The notes: generated by a model not told the origin, from the letters alone. Positions 49,524 through 62,083 are shown, numbered from the stretch's first letter. The stretch is DNA of 64,000 nucleotides from Dehalococcoidia bacterium (GCA_963662615.2 CAXXSR010000002.1:589014-653013); one strand, 5' to 3'. Made by a program: numbers and translations.

Positions 49524-51049
49524 GCGAATTCCTGCGCCGGCCGGGTCCTCTCTCGCCGTTGGTGCGTGCGCAGCAGAATGCGGAAGGTGGTGCCCACGTT
49601 CTCCCGGCTCTCAACTTGGATCTCGCCCTTCTGTGCGCGCACCAGCTCGCGGGCGATCGCCAGTCCCAGTCCGGTCCCCCCCTGCGAGCCGGGCCGGTCC
49701 GCCCGGTAGTAGCGATCGAACAGGTGAGCCAGATCCGCCGCCGCAATGCCCGAGCCCGTGTCGGCCACGGCCAGGCCGACCGTCGTCTCACTCTCTCGCT
49801 GCGCGCTGAGAACCACATTGCCGCCCGGCGGCGTGTGGCGCAGTGCGTTGTCCACGAGATTGGCCAGCACCTGCTCCAGCCGCTCCACGTCACCGGAGAC
49901 GTCCGGGACCTCGGCGGGCAGCCGTTCCAGCCGAACGTCCAGGTCCTTCGCCCGCAGCGTGAACAGCTCTGCAACATGGCGGAGCAGATTCTCCACGTTC
50001 ACTGGGTCTCTGCGCACCTCCACCTGCCCGGCCTCCATGCGCGAGAGGTCCAGAAGCCCTTCCACCAGACGCAGCAGCCGGCGCGATTCCTCCTCAATGA
50101 TGCGGTAGGCGTTCCGCTGCGAGTCCGGCTCGTCCACGGTGCCGTCCAACAGCGCCTGCGAGAAGCCGTTGATTGAGGTCAGGGGCGTCTGCAGGTCGTG
50201 CGAGACATTGGCCAGGAAATCACGCAGCGCCGCCTGCTGCCTCTGCACCTCCCCCGTCATCTGATTGAACGCTTCCGCCAGCGCCCGGGCCTCGCGCGTC
50301 CCGCTCACGTCCACCTTGTGGTCGAAGCGCCCCCGTGACACGCTCCGCGCCGCCTCCGTCGTGGCCTGCAGCGGCCGGTAGATGGAGCGGGAGAGGAACA
50401 GCCCCACGATGATCGCCGCTGCCAAGGCCAAGCCGCTGGCGAGCAAGAGCCGGGGCGTCAGGTCGCCCAGCACCGTCTGGCGGTTCTCCGCCGGCAGGGC
50501 GAGCACCACGAACTCTCCATTGAAACGGCTCGCCGCCTCGGGCGAGAGACGCGCCGCCAGATAGTTCAAGCGTGTGCCATCGCTCGCGCGCAGCTCCCCT
50601 TCCAAGAAGCTGTCCAAGGTGGCGCCGGCCAGGGTCAGGTCAATGTCAAGTTGCGCGCCGCGGAAGCGCGGCGTCTCGCTCGCTTCGCTGACCACGGTGC
50701 CGTCACCGCGCACGAAGAGGATCGCCACGTCCGGCGCTTCGGCGGTGGCACCCGAAAGCTGCGAGCTCACCTCGAATGCTTGAAAGTCCGCCCCCGGCGG
50801 CGTCACGATGGACGTGTAGACGGGCGCACCGATCTGGCGCAACGTCGACGTGGCCAGCCGGTCCTGATACCCGCCCAGCAGGAAGGAGAAGACCACCCCC
50901 ACAATCGTCAGAGTCAAGACAATGATGGCGCCCAGCGTGAGGTAAATGCGCCCCCGCACGCCCTCAAAGAACTGGGGCGGGCGCAGCGGCAGCCGCCGCC
51001 TGGACGTGCGGGGCCGCTGGCGCGCGAGCGGGTAGCTATCCGTCGCCAT
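49520..51049 (-). CDS. HAMP sensor histidine kinase
   Basis: ANVSHDLQTPL, NLVDNALRHT, DTGSGI, GTGLGL. Confidence 0.95.
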   Translation of the reverse strand: MATDSYPLARQRPRTSRRRLPLRPPQFFEGVRGRIYLTLGAIIVLTLTIVGVVFSFLLGGYQDRLATSTLRQIGAPVYTSIVTPPGADFQAFEVSSQLSGATAEAPDVAILFVRGDGTVVSEASETPRFRGAQLDIDLTLAGATLDSFLEGELRASDGTRLNYLAARLSPEAASRFNGEFVVLALPAENRQTVLGDLTPRLLLASGLALAAAIIVGLFLSRSIYRPLQATTEAARSVSRGRFDHKVDVSGTREARALAEAFNQMTGEVQRQQAALRDFLANVSHDLQTPLTSINGFSQALLDGTVDEPDSQRNAYRIIEEESRRLLRLVEGLLDLSRMEAGQVEVRRDPVNVENLLRHVAELFTLRAKDLDVRLERLPAEVPDVSGDVERLEQVLANLVDNALRHTPPGGNVVLSAQRESETTVGLAVADTGSGIAAADLAHLFDRYYRADRPGSQGGTGLGLAIARELVRAQKGEIQVESRENVGTTFRILLRTHQRRERTRPAQEFA

Positions 51050-51719
51050 TGCTGTCGGTGGTCAGCTTGTACCCCACCCCTCGCAGCGTCTCGATCCGCA
51101 CGTCGCTGCCTCGAAGGTGCTGACGGAGATGATTGATATGCACGTCCACGGTGCGCGTCTCCCCGCTGAAGCTGTAGCCCCACACCAGACTCAGAAGTTG
51201 CTCGCGGGACATCGCCATGCCCAAGTTCTGGCCCAGCGCGAAGAGGAGGTCGAACTCCTTGGTGCGCAGATCCAGCGTCTGGCCCTGGAGCAACGCCTCG
51301 CGCCGCCGCCGGTCCAGCGCCAGGTCGCCCACGACCACCTGCGTGCCGAAGCGTTGGATGCCGTCGGCCCGACGCAGGATCGCCTTCACCCGCGCAACCA
51401 ACTCCTTGGGGTTGAACGGCTTGGTCAGATAGTCATCCGCCCCCAGCTCCAGCCCCGCCACCTTGACCGCATCTTCCTTGCGTACCGTCAGCATGAGGAT
51501 GGGCACGCTGGACTCCTGCCGGATGCCCTTCGTCACCTCAAAGCCGTCCAGCTTCGGCATCATCAGGTCCAGCACCACCAGTTCCGGCTTCAGACCAATC
51601 GCCTTCTCCAGCGCCTCCGGCCCGTTGCTGGCGAAATCAACGTCGTACCCCTCCTTCGAAAGGTAGAGTCGGACCAGTTCGCGAATATGTGGTTCGTCGT
51701 CGGCGACAAGAATCCGCAC
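51036..51719 (-). CDS. OmpR-family response regulator
   Basis: ILVADDE, LDLMMP, GADDYLTKPF, RTVDVHI, RGVGY. Confidence 0.95.
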   Translation of the reverse strand: MRILVADDEPHIRELVRLYLSKEGYDVDFASNGPEALEKAIGLKPELVVLDLMMPKLDGFEVTKGIRQESSVPILMLTVRKEDAVKVAGLELGADDYLTKPFNPKELVARVKAILRRADGIQRFGTQVVVGDLALDRRRREALLQGQTLDLRTKEFDLLFALGQNLGMAMSREQLLSLVWGYSFSGETRTVDVHINHLRQHLRGSDVRIETLRGVGYKLTTDSNGDG

Positions 51720-52130
51720 CGGAGTAGCCTCCGCTCCCGCCTTGCCGCAGTATAGCCGTCGCCTGCGCTCCGTTCGTCGACGGCGACCGGCCACCGTTCA
51801 GGGTCCGCGAGACGCCCGCGCGCTGTCTTCCTACGCTCTCCTCGACGCAGTGCGGACTCGCGCTGACCATGGCGCCATGCGACGACCGCGTCGGCTCTAC
51901 CTCACGACCGCGACGGGTGCACTCAGCGCGGGCCCCGCACCGGTGGGTGGCGGCGCCGCCTATCGCCGAACGATCGTCCCAGAAGCGGCGCGGCTGAGCA
52001 GGGTCCTGGTCCGCTCTTCAGACTGCGTCCGCGGCGCCGCGCAATGGGACCTGCTGGCGGCCGAGGGCCGCGCCAGCGAGCGCGCAGATCGACGGCGGGG
52101 CGCCCGCCCATAAATCCCCGGCAGGTCCCG

Positions 52131-52898
52131 TCATTCAGGGTCCTCAGCCTCGCCGCAAAGGACGTTGACGGCGATCTCATTCGCGTCCGCCAGCTCTTGG
52201 AGCGCAAAGCACCGCTCGTATGCCTCGAAGTCAAGCTCCACCGAACGTTGTTGCACCGCACCCGCTTCCTCAGCGGCATCGGGGTCGTTGGCCTCAATGA
52301 GAGCCGCGGCTTCCAGCGCGATGTCCTGCCGGTCGCGGCTGTTGGCCAGCAGCGCGCTGTGGGACGCGACGACCGCCGCCGGCGGCGACAGCTCGCTAAG
52401 CCGTTCGATGAGATTTTCCGCCAGGATCGCAGCAGCCCGGTAGAAGTCCGCCACGTACACAGCCGAGACCTCTGGGTCCGGATTATTCATGATGTTCGAG
52501 AAGGTCAAGCCCTTCATTATGGCCTTCTGCCCTTCAAACTCCCGGACCAGCGCCTCCACCTGAACGAAGTAACCCTCCAAGGGGGGGAGCACGGACTCCC
52601 CGCTCGCGGCGTCGTCAACGACGTCCGCGACGTCGCCATCATCGCGAGTGTCGGCTGCCTCTGTCGTGCCTCCGTCATCGGCGACGACGGGCTGAGCAAC
52701 AGCGGGCTCGGCGGCGACGGGCTCAGCGGCGACATCGCCGCCGTCGCGGTCCCCGGGACCAGCGTCCTCGCTCGCAACGGCGGCGCTGGCGGGCTCACCC
52801 TCAACGCTCTCGGCGCCGTCGTCGTCCCCGCCACAGGCCCCGGCGGCGATCAGGCCCACGCCCAACAGCGTGGCAGCCACCATCAATGGTCGTTTCAT
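52131..52898 (-). CDS. predicted acidic lipoprotein, hypothetical
   Basis: MKRPL...AAGAC lipobox, acidic linker, helical C-terminus. Confidence 0.7.
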   Translation of the reverse strand: MKRPLMVAATLLGVGLIAAGACGGDDDGAESVEGEPASAAVASEDAGPGDRDGGDVAAEPVAAEPAVAQPVVADDGGTTEAADTRDDGDVADVVDDAASGESVLPPLEGYFVQVEALVREFEGQKAIMKGLTFSNIMNNPDPEVSAVYVADFYRAAAILAENLIERLSELSPPAAVVASHSALLANSRDRQDIALEAAALIEANDPDAAEEAGAVQQRSVELDFEAYERCFALQELADANEIAVNVLCGEAEDPE

Positions 52899-53269
52899 GT
52901 TGGCGCTCCCGGCCTAGTCATCGGCCCTCTGCAGCGTACCTTCCAGGCCTTCCACTGTGCGCCATCCTCGCATGCTCAACAGGTCGCCCAGTTCGGAGGC
53001 GGCTCGACGCCGCGTCCCGACCAGGGGTCGCGAGTCAACGAGCGCCGTGGATTCTACGAGGCTATACGTCCCGCTCGTCGCTCTTGGCTCACTCTCAGCG
53101 AGGCGCATGGGCCAAATCAATGAACCGGGCGCGTTCAATGGTGCGACCGGACTTGTGCGGCCGCGGCAGGATCACGCGGACTGATACCCTGCCGCCAAGC
53201 CACCCTGTCGCCAAGCCACCGCGTTCGCCGCGCGGTCGATCCCCCCGGCCTTGGCTGTGAGAGAGGACC

Positions 53270-55369
<2,100 letters not shown>

Positions 55370-55409
55370 GCCCGCGCCGCGCCGGCGTCGCTTCGCCTGC
55401 AGACGCCCG

Positions 55410-56198
55410 TCAGGAAGCCGCGTCCAAGAAGCGGGACACTCTGTCTAGGGTGGCTTCCGCCTGCTCCACCTGCGGCATGTGGCCGGCTCCTTCCACGATC
55501 TCCGCACGGCTGCCCGGGATCAGTCGTTGGAAGTCATCGGCATAGCGGACCGGGGCCAGCCGGTCGGACCGCCCCCACAGGATCAGCGTCGGCGCCTGAA
55601 TACGATGGATCCGCTTCTTCAGCCCCCTATCGGGGATGGGCCAGAGAAATCGTGCGGCGGCGGAGAAGTTCTTGGCGCGCTCAATGGCGGCGAGCTTCAC
55701 GGCCTCCTGATCCGGAGGCGGTTGCGACATCTTCTGCGCCGCCGGGTGGTTGAGGTCGTGAAAGGCCGCCTCCGCGATCTCGTCCGGCGCCATCGCCAAG
55801 AAGTCCAGGACCGGGTAACCGTCATTCCAAAGCCCCAGGGGGTTGATGAGGACCAGCTTGGCGACGCGTTTCGGTTCCAGCGCCGCAAGCTCCGCCGCAA
55901 TCCAGCCGCCCACGGAGTGGCCCATCAGGGCGAGACGGTCGAGCCCCAATTCGTCTAGGAGTTCCAGATAGAAAAAGAAGAGGTCATGATGGTCCGCCAG
56001 GTGCTGCAGGCCGCTGGAGTTGCCCGTTCCTGGCATTCGCGGCGCAATGACGTGATGCTGCCGCGAGAGGGCCTCCAAGAACGGATCCCAACTGAGGCCC
56101 CAGGCCCCGGGAAGGAAGAGGATGTCGTCGCCGGTCCCCGCCTCCAGCAGCTCCACGGCGAACTTCCCGCCGCGCAGGGAGACGGTGCGCTCGTTCAT
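55410..56198 (-). CDS. alpha/beta hydrolase
   Basis: GHSVGG, ILWGRSD, AGHMP. Confidence 0.9.
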   Translation of the reverse strand: MNERTVSLRGGKFAVELLEAGTGDDILFLPGAWGLSWDPFLEALSRQHHVIAPRMPGTGNSSGLQHLADHHDLFFFYLELLDELGLDRLALMGHSVGGWIAAELAALEPKRVAKLVLINPLGLWNDGYPVLDFLAMAPDEIAEAAFHDLNHPAAQKMSQPPPDQEAVKLAAIERAKNFSAAARFLWPIPDRGLKKRIHRIQAPTLILWGRSDRLAPVRYADDFQRLIPGSRAEIVEGAGHMPQVEQAEATLDRVSRFLDAAS

Positions 56199-56499
56199 CG
56201 GGCTCCCTCGTCCTTCGCATCGCCGGCCGCCCCGCGGCCCTGGGGGACGGGACCCCCGAGCGGGATGCAGCGCGCGCCGTGAATCGACAGCATAGGGGTT
56301 GGCAGGGCATGGGGGTTGGCACTGAGCGCCTACCAGGCAACCGCCGGCAAGCGCCTTGATGATGCCGCCAGCCACTGAAGGCTATGCGGTCACACCACGC
56401 ACGGGGGCAGGATGCCTTGCGTGATACTCGGGCGCTACTCTCCTCGGCACGATTCGCTGCCGCCACCGGCACGAGCGACAAGCGCGCAAGGAGCCCCTG

Positions 56500-57399
56500 A
56501 TGCCTGATGCTGTCTCGCCGGTCCGAACATTGGCCGTGATCGGCGCCGGCGCCATGGGTCATGGCATCGCCCAGACGGCGCTTGTGGCCGGTATCGCCAC
56601 CACCCTCCACGACGTCGATGAGCAGGCGCTGCGGTCCGCCCGCGCCGCGATCGACACTGGCCTCGCGCGCTTGGTGGAGCGGGAGCGAATGGATGCGGCG
56701 GCGAAGGACGCGGCCATGATGCGGCTGCATCTGACAACGGATCTCTCCCGCCTGGCGCACGCCGACGCAGTCATTGAAGCGGTGCCGGAACGGCTGGAGC
56801 TTAAGCGCGCCCTGTTCAGGGAAGTCGATGCGATCTGTGCAACGGCCGTCTTCCTGGCCAGTAACACCTCGTCGCTCGCCATCAAGAGCATCGCGGAGGT
56901 GGTCAGGCGCAAAGAGCGCGTGCTGGGCTTGCACTACTTCAACCCGGCGCAGGTGCTCCCTCTGGTGGAAGTGGTGACGCCGCCCACGGTTGCGGCGGAA
57001 GTCGTGGAGGCCGCGGAAGCGTTCTGCCGCGCCACCGGCAAGACGACGGTTCGCGTCAAGGACACGCCCGGGTTTGTCGTCAATCGCCTGTTCATCCCCT
57101 TTGCGCTCCAGGCCATGCAGCTCCTGGAGGACGGAGTCGCATCGGCGGACGAGATCGACCAGGCATGCAAGCTTGGCTTGGGCCATTCCCAGGGACCGCT
57201 CAGCACCAGCGATCTCGTGGGCCTGGACGTCATGCTGGACATCGCCCAGAGCCTCTCCGCGGAGCTCCGCGACCCCTCCGTCGCCGCCCCCGCTATCTTG
57301 CGCCGCTGGGTCGCCGACGGCCGTCTGGGACGCAAGACCGGCCGGGGCATCTTTGACTACCCTTCGCGCGAACCGCCTCGGGGCGAGCCGTCGGACTGA
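56500..57399 (+). CDS. 3-hydroxyacyl-CoA dehydrogenase
   Basis: GAGAMGHGIA, IEAVPE, SNTSS, LHYFNPA, GFVVNR, LGRKTGRG. Confidence 0.95.
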   Translation: MPDAVSPVRTLAVIGAGAMGHGIAQTALVAGIATTLHDVDEQALRSARAAIDTGLARLVERERMDAAAKDAAMMRLHLTTDLSRLAHADAVIEAVPERLELKRALFREVDAICATAVFLASNTSSLAIKSIAEVVRRKERVLGLHYFNPAQVLPLVEVVTPPTVAAEVVEAAEAFCRATGKTTVRVKDTPGFVVNRLFIPFALQAMQLLEDGVASADEIDQACKLGLGHSQGPLSTSDLVGLDVMLDIAQSLSAELRDPSVAAPAILRRWVADGRLGRKTGRGIFDYPSREPPRGEPSD

Positions 57400-57430
57400 T
57401 CGCCGTGGGGGCGCGGAAAGGATCGGCGCC

Positions 57431-58204
57431 ATGACCGTGACCTATGCAACGGACGGCTACGTCTGCACCATCACGCTCAACCGGCCGGACGCGCTCAACG
57501 CGTTCAATCGCCAGATGGTTCAGGAGTTCAGTGACGCCTGTGCGCGCTTCCGCGACGACGCAGATCTCCGGGTCGCCATCGTCACCGGCGCGGGGGATCG
57601 CGCCTTCTCGGTCGGCGCGGACCTCACGGACCTCATCCCCGCCATGATGGACGACCCCGCCAAGGGGGGCTATCGAGCGCCGCCCACCATCATGCGCGGG
57701 CAGGTCATTCGCAAACCGTTCCTCGCCGCGATTAACGGCTTCGCTCTGGGCGGGGGATTCGAGTGCGCGCTTGCCTGCGATCTGCGCATCGCTTCCAACA
57801 ACGCGCGTCTGGGCGCCCCAGAGGTGGGTCTAGGCCTCATCCCGGGCTGGGGTGGCACGCAGCGACTTCCCCGTGTGCTGGGCGCGACGCACGCCATGCA
57901 ACTCCTCCTCACCGGAGAGCCCGTGGACGCGGACACGGCGCTCCGCATCGGCCTGCTGAGCGCTGTCGTGGAGCCCGCCGACCTCCTCCCCACGGCGCGC
58001 CGCTACGCCGAGCGGATCTGCCGCAACGGGCCGCTCGCCGTCCAGGCCGCCAAGGAGGCGACCCTCCGTGGCGCCGAAACTTCGCTGGAGGCGGGCCTGC
58101 GGATCGAGGAGTTGCTGCTCGATCGCCTGGCCTACACCCAGGACGTGCGGGAGGGACTGGCCGCCTTCGCCGAGCGGCGCAGCGCCAACTTTACCGGCTC
58201 TTAG
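57431..58204 (+). CDS. enoyl-CoA hydratase/isomerase
   Basis: LNRPDALNA, FSVGADL, ALGGGFECALACD, PGWGGTQRL. Confidence 0.95.
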   Translation: MTVTYATDGYVCTITLNRPDALNAFNRQMVQEFSDACARFRDDADLRVAIVTGAGDRAFSVGADLTDLIPAMMDDPAKGGYRAPPTIMRGQVIRKPFLAAINGFALGGGFECALACDLRIASNNARLGAPEVGLGLIPGWGGTQRLPRVLGATHAMQLLLTGEPVDADTALRIGLLSAVVEPADLLPTARRYAERICRNGPLAVQAAKEATLRGAETSLEAGLRIEELLLDRLAYTQDVREGLAAFAERRSANFTGS

Positions 58205-58316
58205 CGGCGCTGCTCGCGCCGACCGCCGACGCGCGCTCCCCGACTCGAGCGGCGGTCGCAGTAGTCGGGTCGCAGTAGTATGGGTCCTTTGGCTGGAGCG
58301 TTGCGAAAGGTTGACC

Positions 58317-59501
58317 ATGCCCGGCGCACTCGACGGGATCCGCATCCTGGATTTCAGCCGCTATCAGCAGGGGCCGTTCGCCACGGTCATGCTCTCCGAC
58401 CTGGGCGCCGACGTGATCAAGGTGGAGGAGCGCGGCGACGGGGACGTGGGGCGGAGGATTGGCCTGCGTCCGGACGGCTGGTGCGCCTACTTCGAGGCCC
58501 ACAATCGCAATAAGCGCTCCATCACCATCGACGTCCGTAAGCCCCAAGGGCGCGAGATCATCTACAAGCTGGTCCCGGAGTTGGACGTCATTGTTGACAA
58601 CTTCCGCCCCGGCGTCATGGAGCGTCTACAGCTCGACTTGGAGACCCTCCGCCGTTACAACGCCGCCATCATCACCGCCAGCGCCACCGGCTTCGGCGAG
58701 CGGGGCACGGAGCGCGAGCGCCCTGCCTTCGACTCCGTTAGCCAGGCGATCGGCGGGATCATGGTCAACCAGGGCGGCGGCCCCGGCCGGCCGCCGCTCA
58801 GCATGATGGGGGGCGCAGCCGACCAGATCGGCGCCATGGTCCTCGCCCTCGGCATCGCCGCCGCCATCATTGCCCGCGAACGGCAGGGCCTGGGCCAGCA
58901 CGTGGAAGCGTCCTTGCTCGGGTCGCAGCTCGCTCTGCAGGCGTTCCAGATCACCGACTTCCTCCACGACGGCTTCCAGCACCCAACGCCGCAGCGGCAG
59001 ATCCCCACCTTCGCCTACTACCCTACCGCCGACGGCAAGTGGCTCTCCCTTGGCATCATCGGCTCGAATAAATGGTGGCCCGAACTCTGCGACGCTCTGG
59101 GCCGGCCCGACCTCCGCGACGACCCGCGCTTCGCCGACCCCTTCGCCCGCGACGACAATCGCGAGGCGCTGCTGGCGGAGCTCGACGCCATCTTCGCCCG
59201 ACGGCCTCGCGACGAATGGATCCGCGTGCTGGAAGCGGCGGGCGTCCCCTGCGGTCCCGTCAATGACTACGCCGCCGTCGTCAAGGAGCCGCAGGTGCTC
59301 GCCAACGACTACGTCACCACGTTGGACCATCCGGCGCTGGGCACGGTGGGGGTGATCGGGTCGCCCATCACCATGTCGGAGACGCCCGCCGGACCGCGCC
59401 ACACCGGCCCGGAGTTGGGACAGCACACGGAGGAGATCCTCCTGGAGTTGGGCTACTCCTGGGATGACATCGTCCGCCTCAAGGATGGGGAGGTCATCTA
59501 G
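58317..59501 (+). CDS. family III CoA-transferase (CaiB/BaiF)
   Basis: LDGIRILD, LGADVIKVE, NRNKRSI, NFRPG, GPELGQHTEEIL. Confidence 0.95.
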   Translation: MPGALDGIRILDFSRYQQGPFATVMLSDLGADVIKVEERGDGDVGRRIGLRPDGWCAYFEAHNRNKRSITIDVRKPQGREIIYKLVPELDVIVDNFRPGVMERLQLDLETLRRYNAAIITASATGFGERGTERERPAFDSVSQAIGGIMVNQGGGPGRPPLSMMGGAADQIGAMVLALGIAAAIIARERQGLGQHVEASLLGSQLALQAFQITDFLHDGFQHPTPQRQIPTFAYYPTADGKWLSLGIIGSNKWWPELCDALGRPDLRDDPRFADPFARDDNREALLAELDAIFARRPRDEWIRVLEAAGVPCGPVNDYAAVVKEPQVLANDYVTTLDHPALGTVGVIGSPITMSETPAGPRHTGPELGQHTEEILLELGYSWDDIVRLKDGEVI

Positions 59502-59666
59502 GGCTCGACCGCCTCCGCCACGCAATCAGGCGGGCTGGTCCGCGGCCTGGCGAAACGCCCCCTGGGGCGTTGGGCCCATGGGGAATTGGGTTCGTTTCGT
59601 AATTCCGCTCTGGCTTCCGGCTCCTCAGATTTTGATGGGCGTGAATTCAACTCGGCTCGGTCGGTG

Positions 59667-59763
59667 CTACGCTCAAGATGATCGCCGACCTGGGGGCCGC
59701 TGCTGGACCTGGACGGCTATCGACTCGGACACCAAGCTGATCGTGTCCTGGCAGGTGGGCGGC
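59667..59763 (+). pseudogene. internally deleted IS1-like transposase fragment
   Basis: ATLKMIADLGAA joined out of frame to WTWTAIDSDTKLIVSWQVG. Confidence 0.7.
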
Positions 59764-59844
59764 GTGGGGTGGGTGATCCCCACGCCGGTGTGATTGGCGC
59801 CGCCGTATCGACCCTCGATCGCGCCAGGATCGGGAGGGGGGATC

Positions 59845-60309
59845 ATGATGATCGGCAACCTGCGAGGCCGCGCACAGGCCTGGCGATCCTGGCTCTTCGC
59901 GCTCGGGCTGGCCAGCGTGGCGTTCCTGTTCTGGCTGATCATCGGCGGCGGCTCTGGCTCGATCGCCGTCGCGGTGGGCGGCACCGCGCCGACCGGGGCC
60001 GACCGGTACCTGACCACCAGCCAGCTCGAGGCCGCGCTTGATGCCAGCCCGTGGCCGCCGCGTCTCCATGACGAGGTCACCAGGCTGGCGATCTGTGAAT
60101 CCGGGCTGTGGGGTCTATCGACAGTCTGGCTTGATACGCGAGCTGAGCGGATCACGGCCCGGGAGCACTCCCTGGGTGTGCTGCAACTCAACGTCCGCGC
60201 TCGCCCGTGGCTGGACGCCCTCGATCTCTTTGACGTCAGGCAGAATCTCATCGCGGGCTACACCATCTGGTTGGAGCGGCGGGGGTTCGACGATTGGAGC
60301 TGTGGATGA
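59845..60309 (+). CDS. membrane-anchored lysozyme-like/SLT transglycosylase
   Basis: GGAGG RBS; TM; AICES, LGVLQLN, LFDVRQNLIAGYTIW...DDWSC. Confidence 0.72.
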   Translation: MMIGNLRGRAQAWRSWLFALGLASVAFLFWLIIGGGSGSIAVAVGGTAPTGADRYLTTSQLEAALDASPWPPRLHDEVTRLAICESGLWGLSTVWLDTRAERITAREHSLGVLQLNVRARPWLDALDLFDVRQNLIAGYTIWLERRGFDDWSCG

Positions 60310-60519
60310 GGGCCGCGTCCACACACCGGAGAGGCCACCTCCAGTGCAGGCACCCTATTTTGGCACGCCCGCGTCGCGGAGGCCGGTGACTTGCCCACCG
60401 TGCGACACTGCACGCGGCAGGTCGCAGAACCGATGATGAAAGCGACGATGTAGTCAGCTCTGGCGCGTTCTATTCGGTTGGCTCCACTTATTCAGCGGGA
60501 TAGCGGCAGAGGTGCGATC

Positions 60520-60814
60520 ATGCCTGGTGAATCGTTCGCTCCTGTGCGGAGAGAGTTGATGAGCGAGACGATTCGCAGGCTGGAGACACGCATCCGACGG
60601 TACGAGCGTCGATACGAATGCACCTCCGCCGACAAGTCGGGTGCGGTGCGGCGACGCAAAAGAGACCGCTGCAATCAGCCGATGATTGATGGACTACCGG
60701 ACCCTCCACCGGCTCCGCGACAAGTCCGCCGCTGGAGCCACGATTGGTACTCGTACGAGGGGTATCGGACGATCCACGATCGGCGGCAGCGAGACCTCAA
60801 AGACGCTGGGATAA
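60520..60814 (+). pseudogene. disrupted antitoxin-like gene
   Basis: RLETRIRRYERRYECTSA continues in another frame as KETAAISR*LMDYRTLHRL (frameshift plus TGA at 60683). Confidence 0.55.
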
Positions 60815-61194
60815 TCCTTGACAACCGCATCGCCTTCCGCGAGTCCGTCGACGCCTCAGGGGACCTAGTTGAGGTTCGCGTCAAAGGGCGAGTGCACTGT
60901 GCCGAGGGCGCGATTGTCGGTGTCTACAAGGGCCTGGAGGTTCGCCGAGACGTCTCCAAACGCTACGAGGTTCGTGGCATCGACTATGTCTATCATGCCT
61001 GGTTGCACGGGAGCGAGATTGCCCTGATTCGGTACTGGGCAGCCCACGGAATGGACGATCTTCACGTCCATCGCTTTGATCCAGCCACCGGGTTGGATGA
61101 AAAGCGATCGATATCCTTCGAAGAGCCTCCGACCCTCGACGCCATCCTCATTGAGGCAGTTGAGCTGGCGCAGCAGACCCAAGTGTTGCGTTAG
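60682..61194 (+). CDS. DUF6516/TumE-like putative toxin; start uncertain
   Basis: YVYHAW...LIRYWAAHG...LHVHRFD...PTLDAILIE. Confidence 0.55.
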   Translation: MIDGLPDPPPAPRQVRRWSHDWYSYEGYRTIHDRRQRDLKDAGIILDNRIAFRESVDASGDLVEVRVKGRVHCAEGAIVGVYKGLEVRRDVSKRYEVRGIDYVYHAWLHGSEIALIRYWAAHGMDDLHVHRFDPATGLDEKRSISFEEPPTLDAILIEAVELAQQTQVLR

Positions 61195-61378
61195 AGAGTT
61201 TTGCACTTCCCTCAGATCTTGGTGGGAGTGAATGCAACGTAGCGCTGTCGGAGCTGCAGCTCCGAGGGCACAAGGTGTTCCCTGAATCGCCGGACGATCC
61301 ACGCGGGTCCATGCGGCCGGTCCATGCAGCGGGTCCATGCGACGGCGCCGCGGGGGAGCGCTGCAGCGGGGTTGCGCC

Positions 61379-62083
61379 TCATTCGGGGTCGACCGCGCCG
61401 TCGATTGCTTTCACATCGATGACTTTGGGCACGTCGAGGACTGGGGCCGCGTCGAGGACTGGAGCCGCAGCGGCGTCGGGATTCCTTCGCAGCTCGCGCA
61501 GTCGCTCGAGCTCACGGAGCGCGCGGTAGAGCGCACGCTCGATCGCGGTTTCGTAGCGCGAGAGCTTTGAGATCGTGTCGCCCCGACGCGTATTCGCGCG
61601 AAATGCTGCAGCAAGAACCGTGGCGTCGGAATCCCGCCAGGCCTCCGCCTTTTCGGCCAGCGCGACGGCCTTCCGATGCGCTTCCTCGTCGACGATGCGA
61701 CTGGCCCCGCGTACCAGCTCCTCGAGAGGATCAGCCTCATGCCTCTTCGCGTCTCGCCTCCTTCGCGCCGCCAGGATTTCGTACTTGTCGAGTGCAAGGA
61801 GTCCCGCCTCAATCCGGCCGCAGCGGCGCAGCCGCCAGAGCGCGGACACGATCCGCTCGACGAGTGCGTCCTCCAGCTCCCCGTCCGGTTGGAGATCGTT
61901 CCGAAGCCCGTCCGTCAGCGCTTGGAGCTCGGCGGCGTCTTCGTCGTCGAGGAGGAGATCCCGTGCCAAGAGCCCGTGCTTGGCGGCGTTTCGGCCTGCC
62001 CGCCGCTTGCCGTTAGCGGTCCGGGGCCCCGTGCTCTGGAGCGCGTTGCGCTGATTGGCCTGCCGCTGGTGGGCGCTGGTCAC
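61379..62083 (-). CDS. hypothetical protein with the ANQRNALQSTGPRT...NAAKHGL motif
   Basis: Also LVERIVSALWRLRR and SRYETAIERALYRALRELERL. Confidence 0.8.
   Translation of the reverse strand: MTSAHQRQANQRNALQSTGPRTANGKRRAGRNAAKHGLLARDLLLDDEDAAELQALTDGLRNDLQPDGELEDALVERIVSALWRLRRCGRIEAGLLALDKYEILAARRRRDAKRHEADPLEELVRGASRIVDEEAHRKAVALAEKAEAWRDSDATVLAAAFRANTRRGDTISKLSRYETAIERALYRALRELERLRELRRNPDAAAAPVLDAAPVLDVPKVIDVKAIDGAVDPE

Noticed and set aside
52900-53269. Possible riboswitch/ncRNA here and at 6500-6830, 14270-14390, 41100-41750, 56200-56500
   Set aside because: No conserved RNA motif recognised by eye; an Rfam/Infernal scan is needed to exclude one
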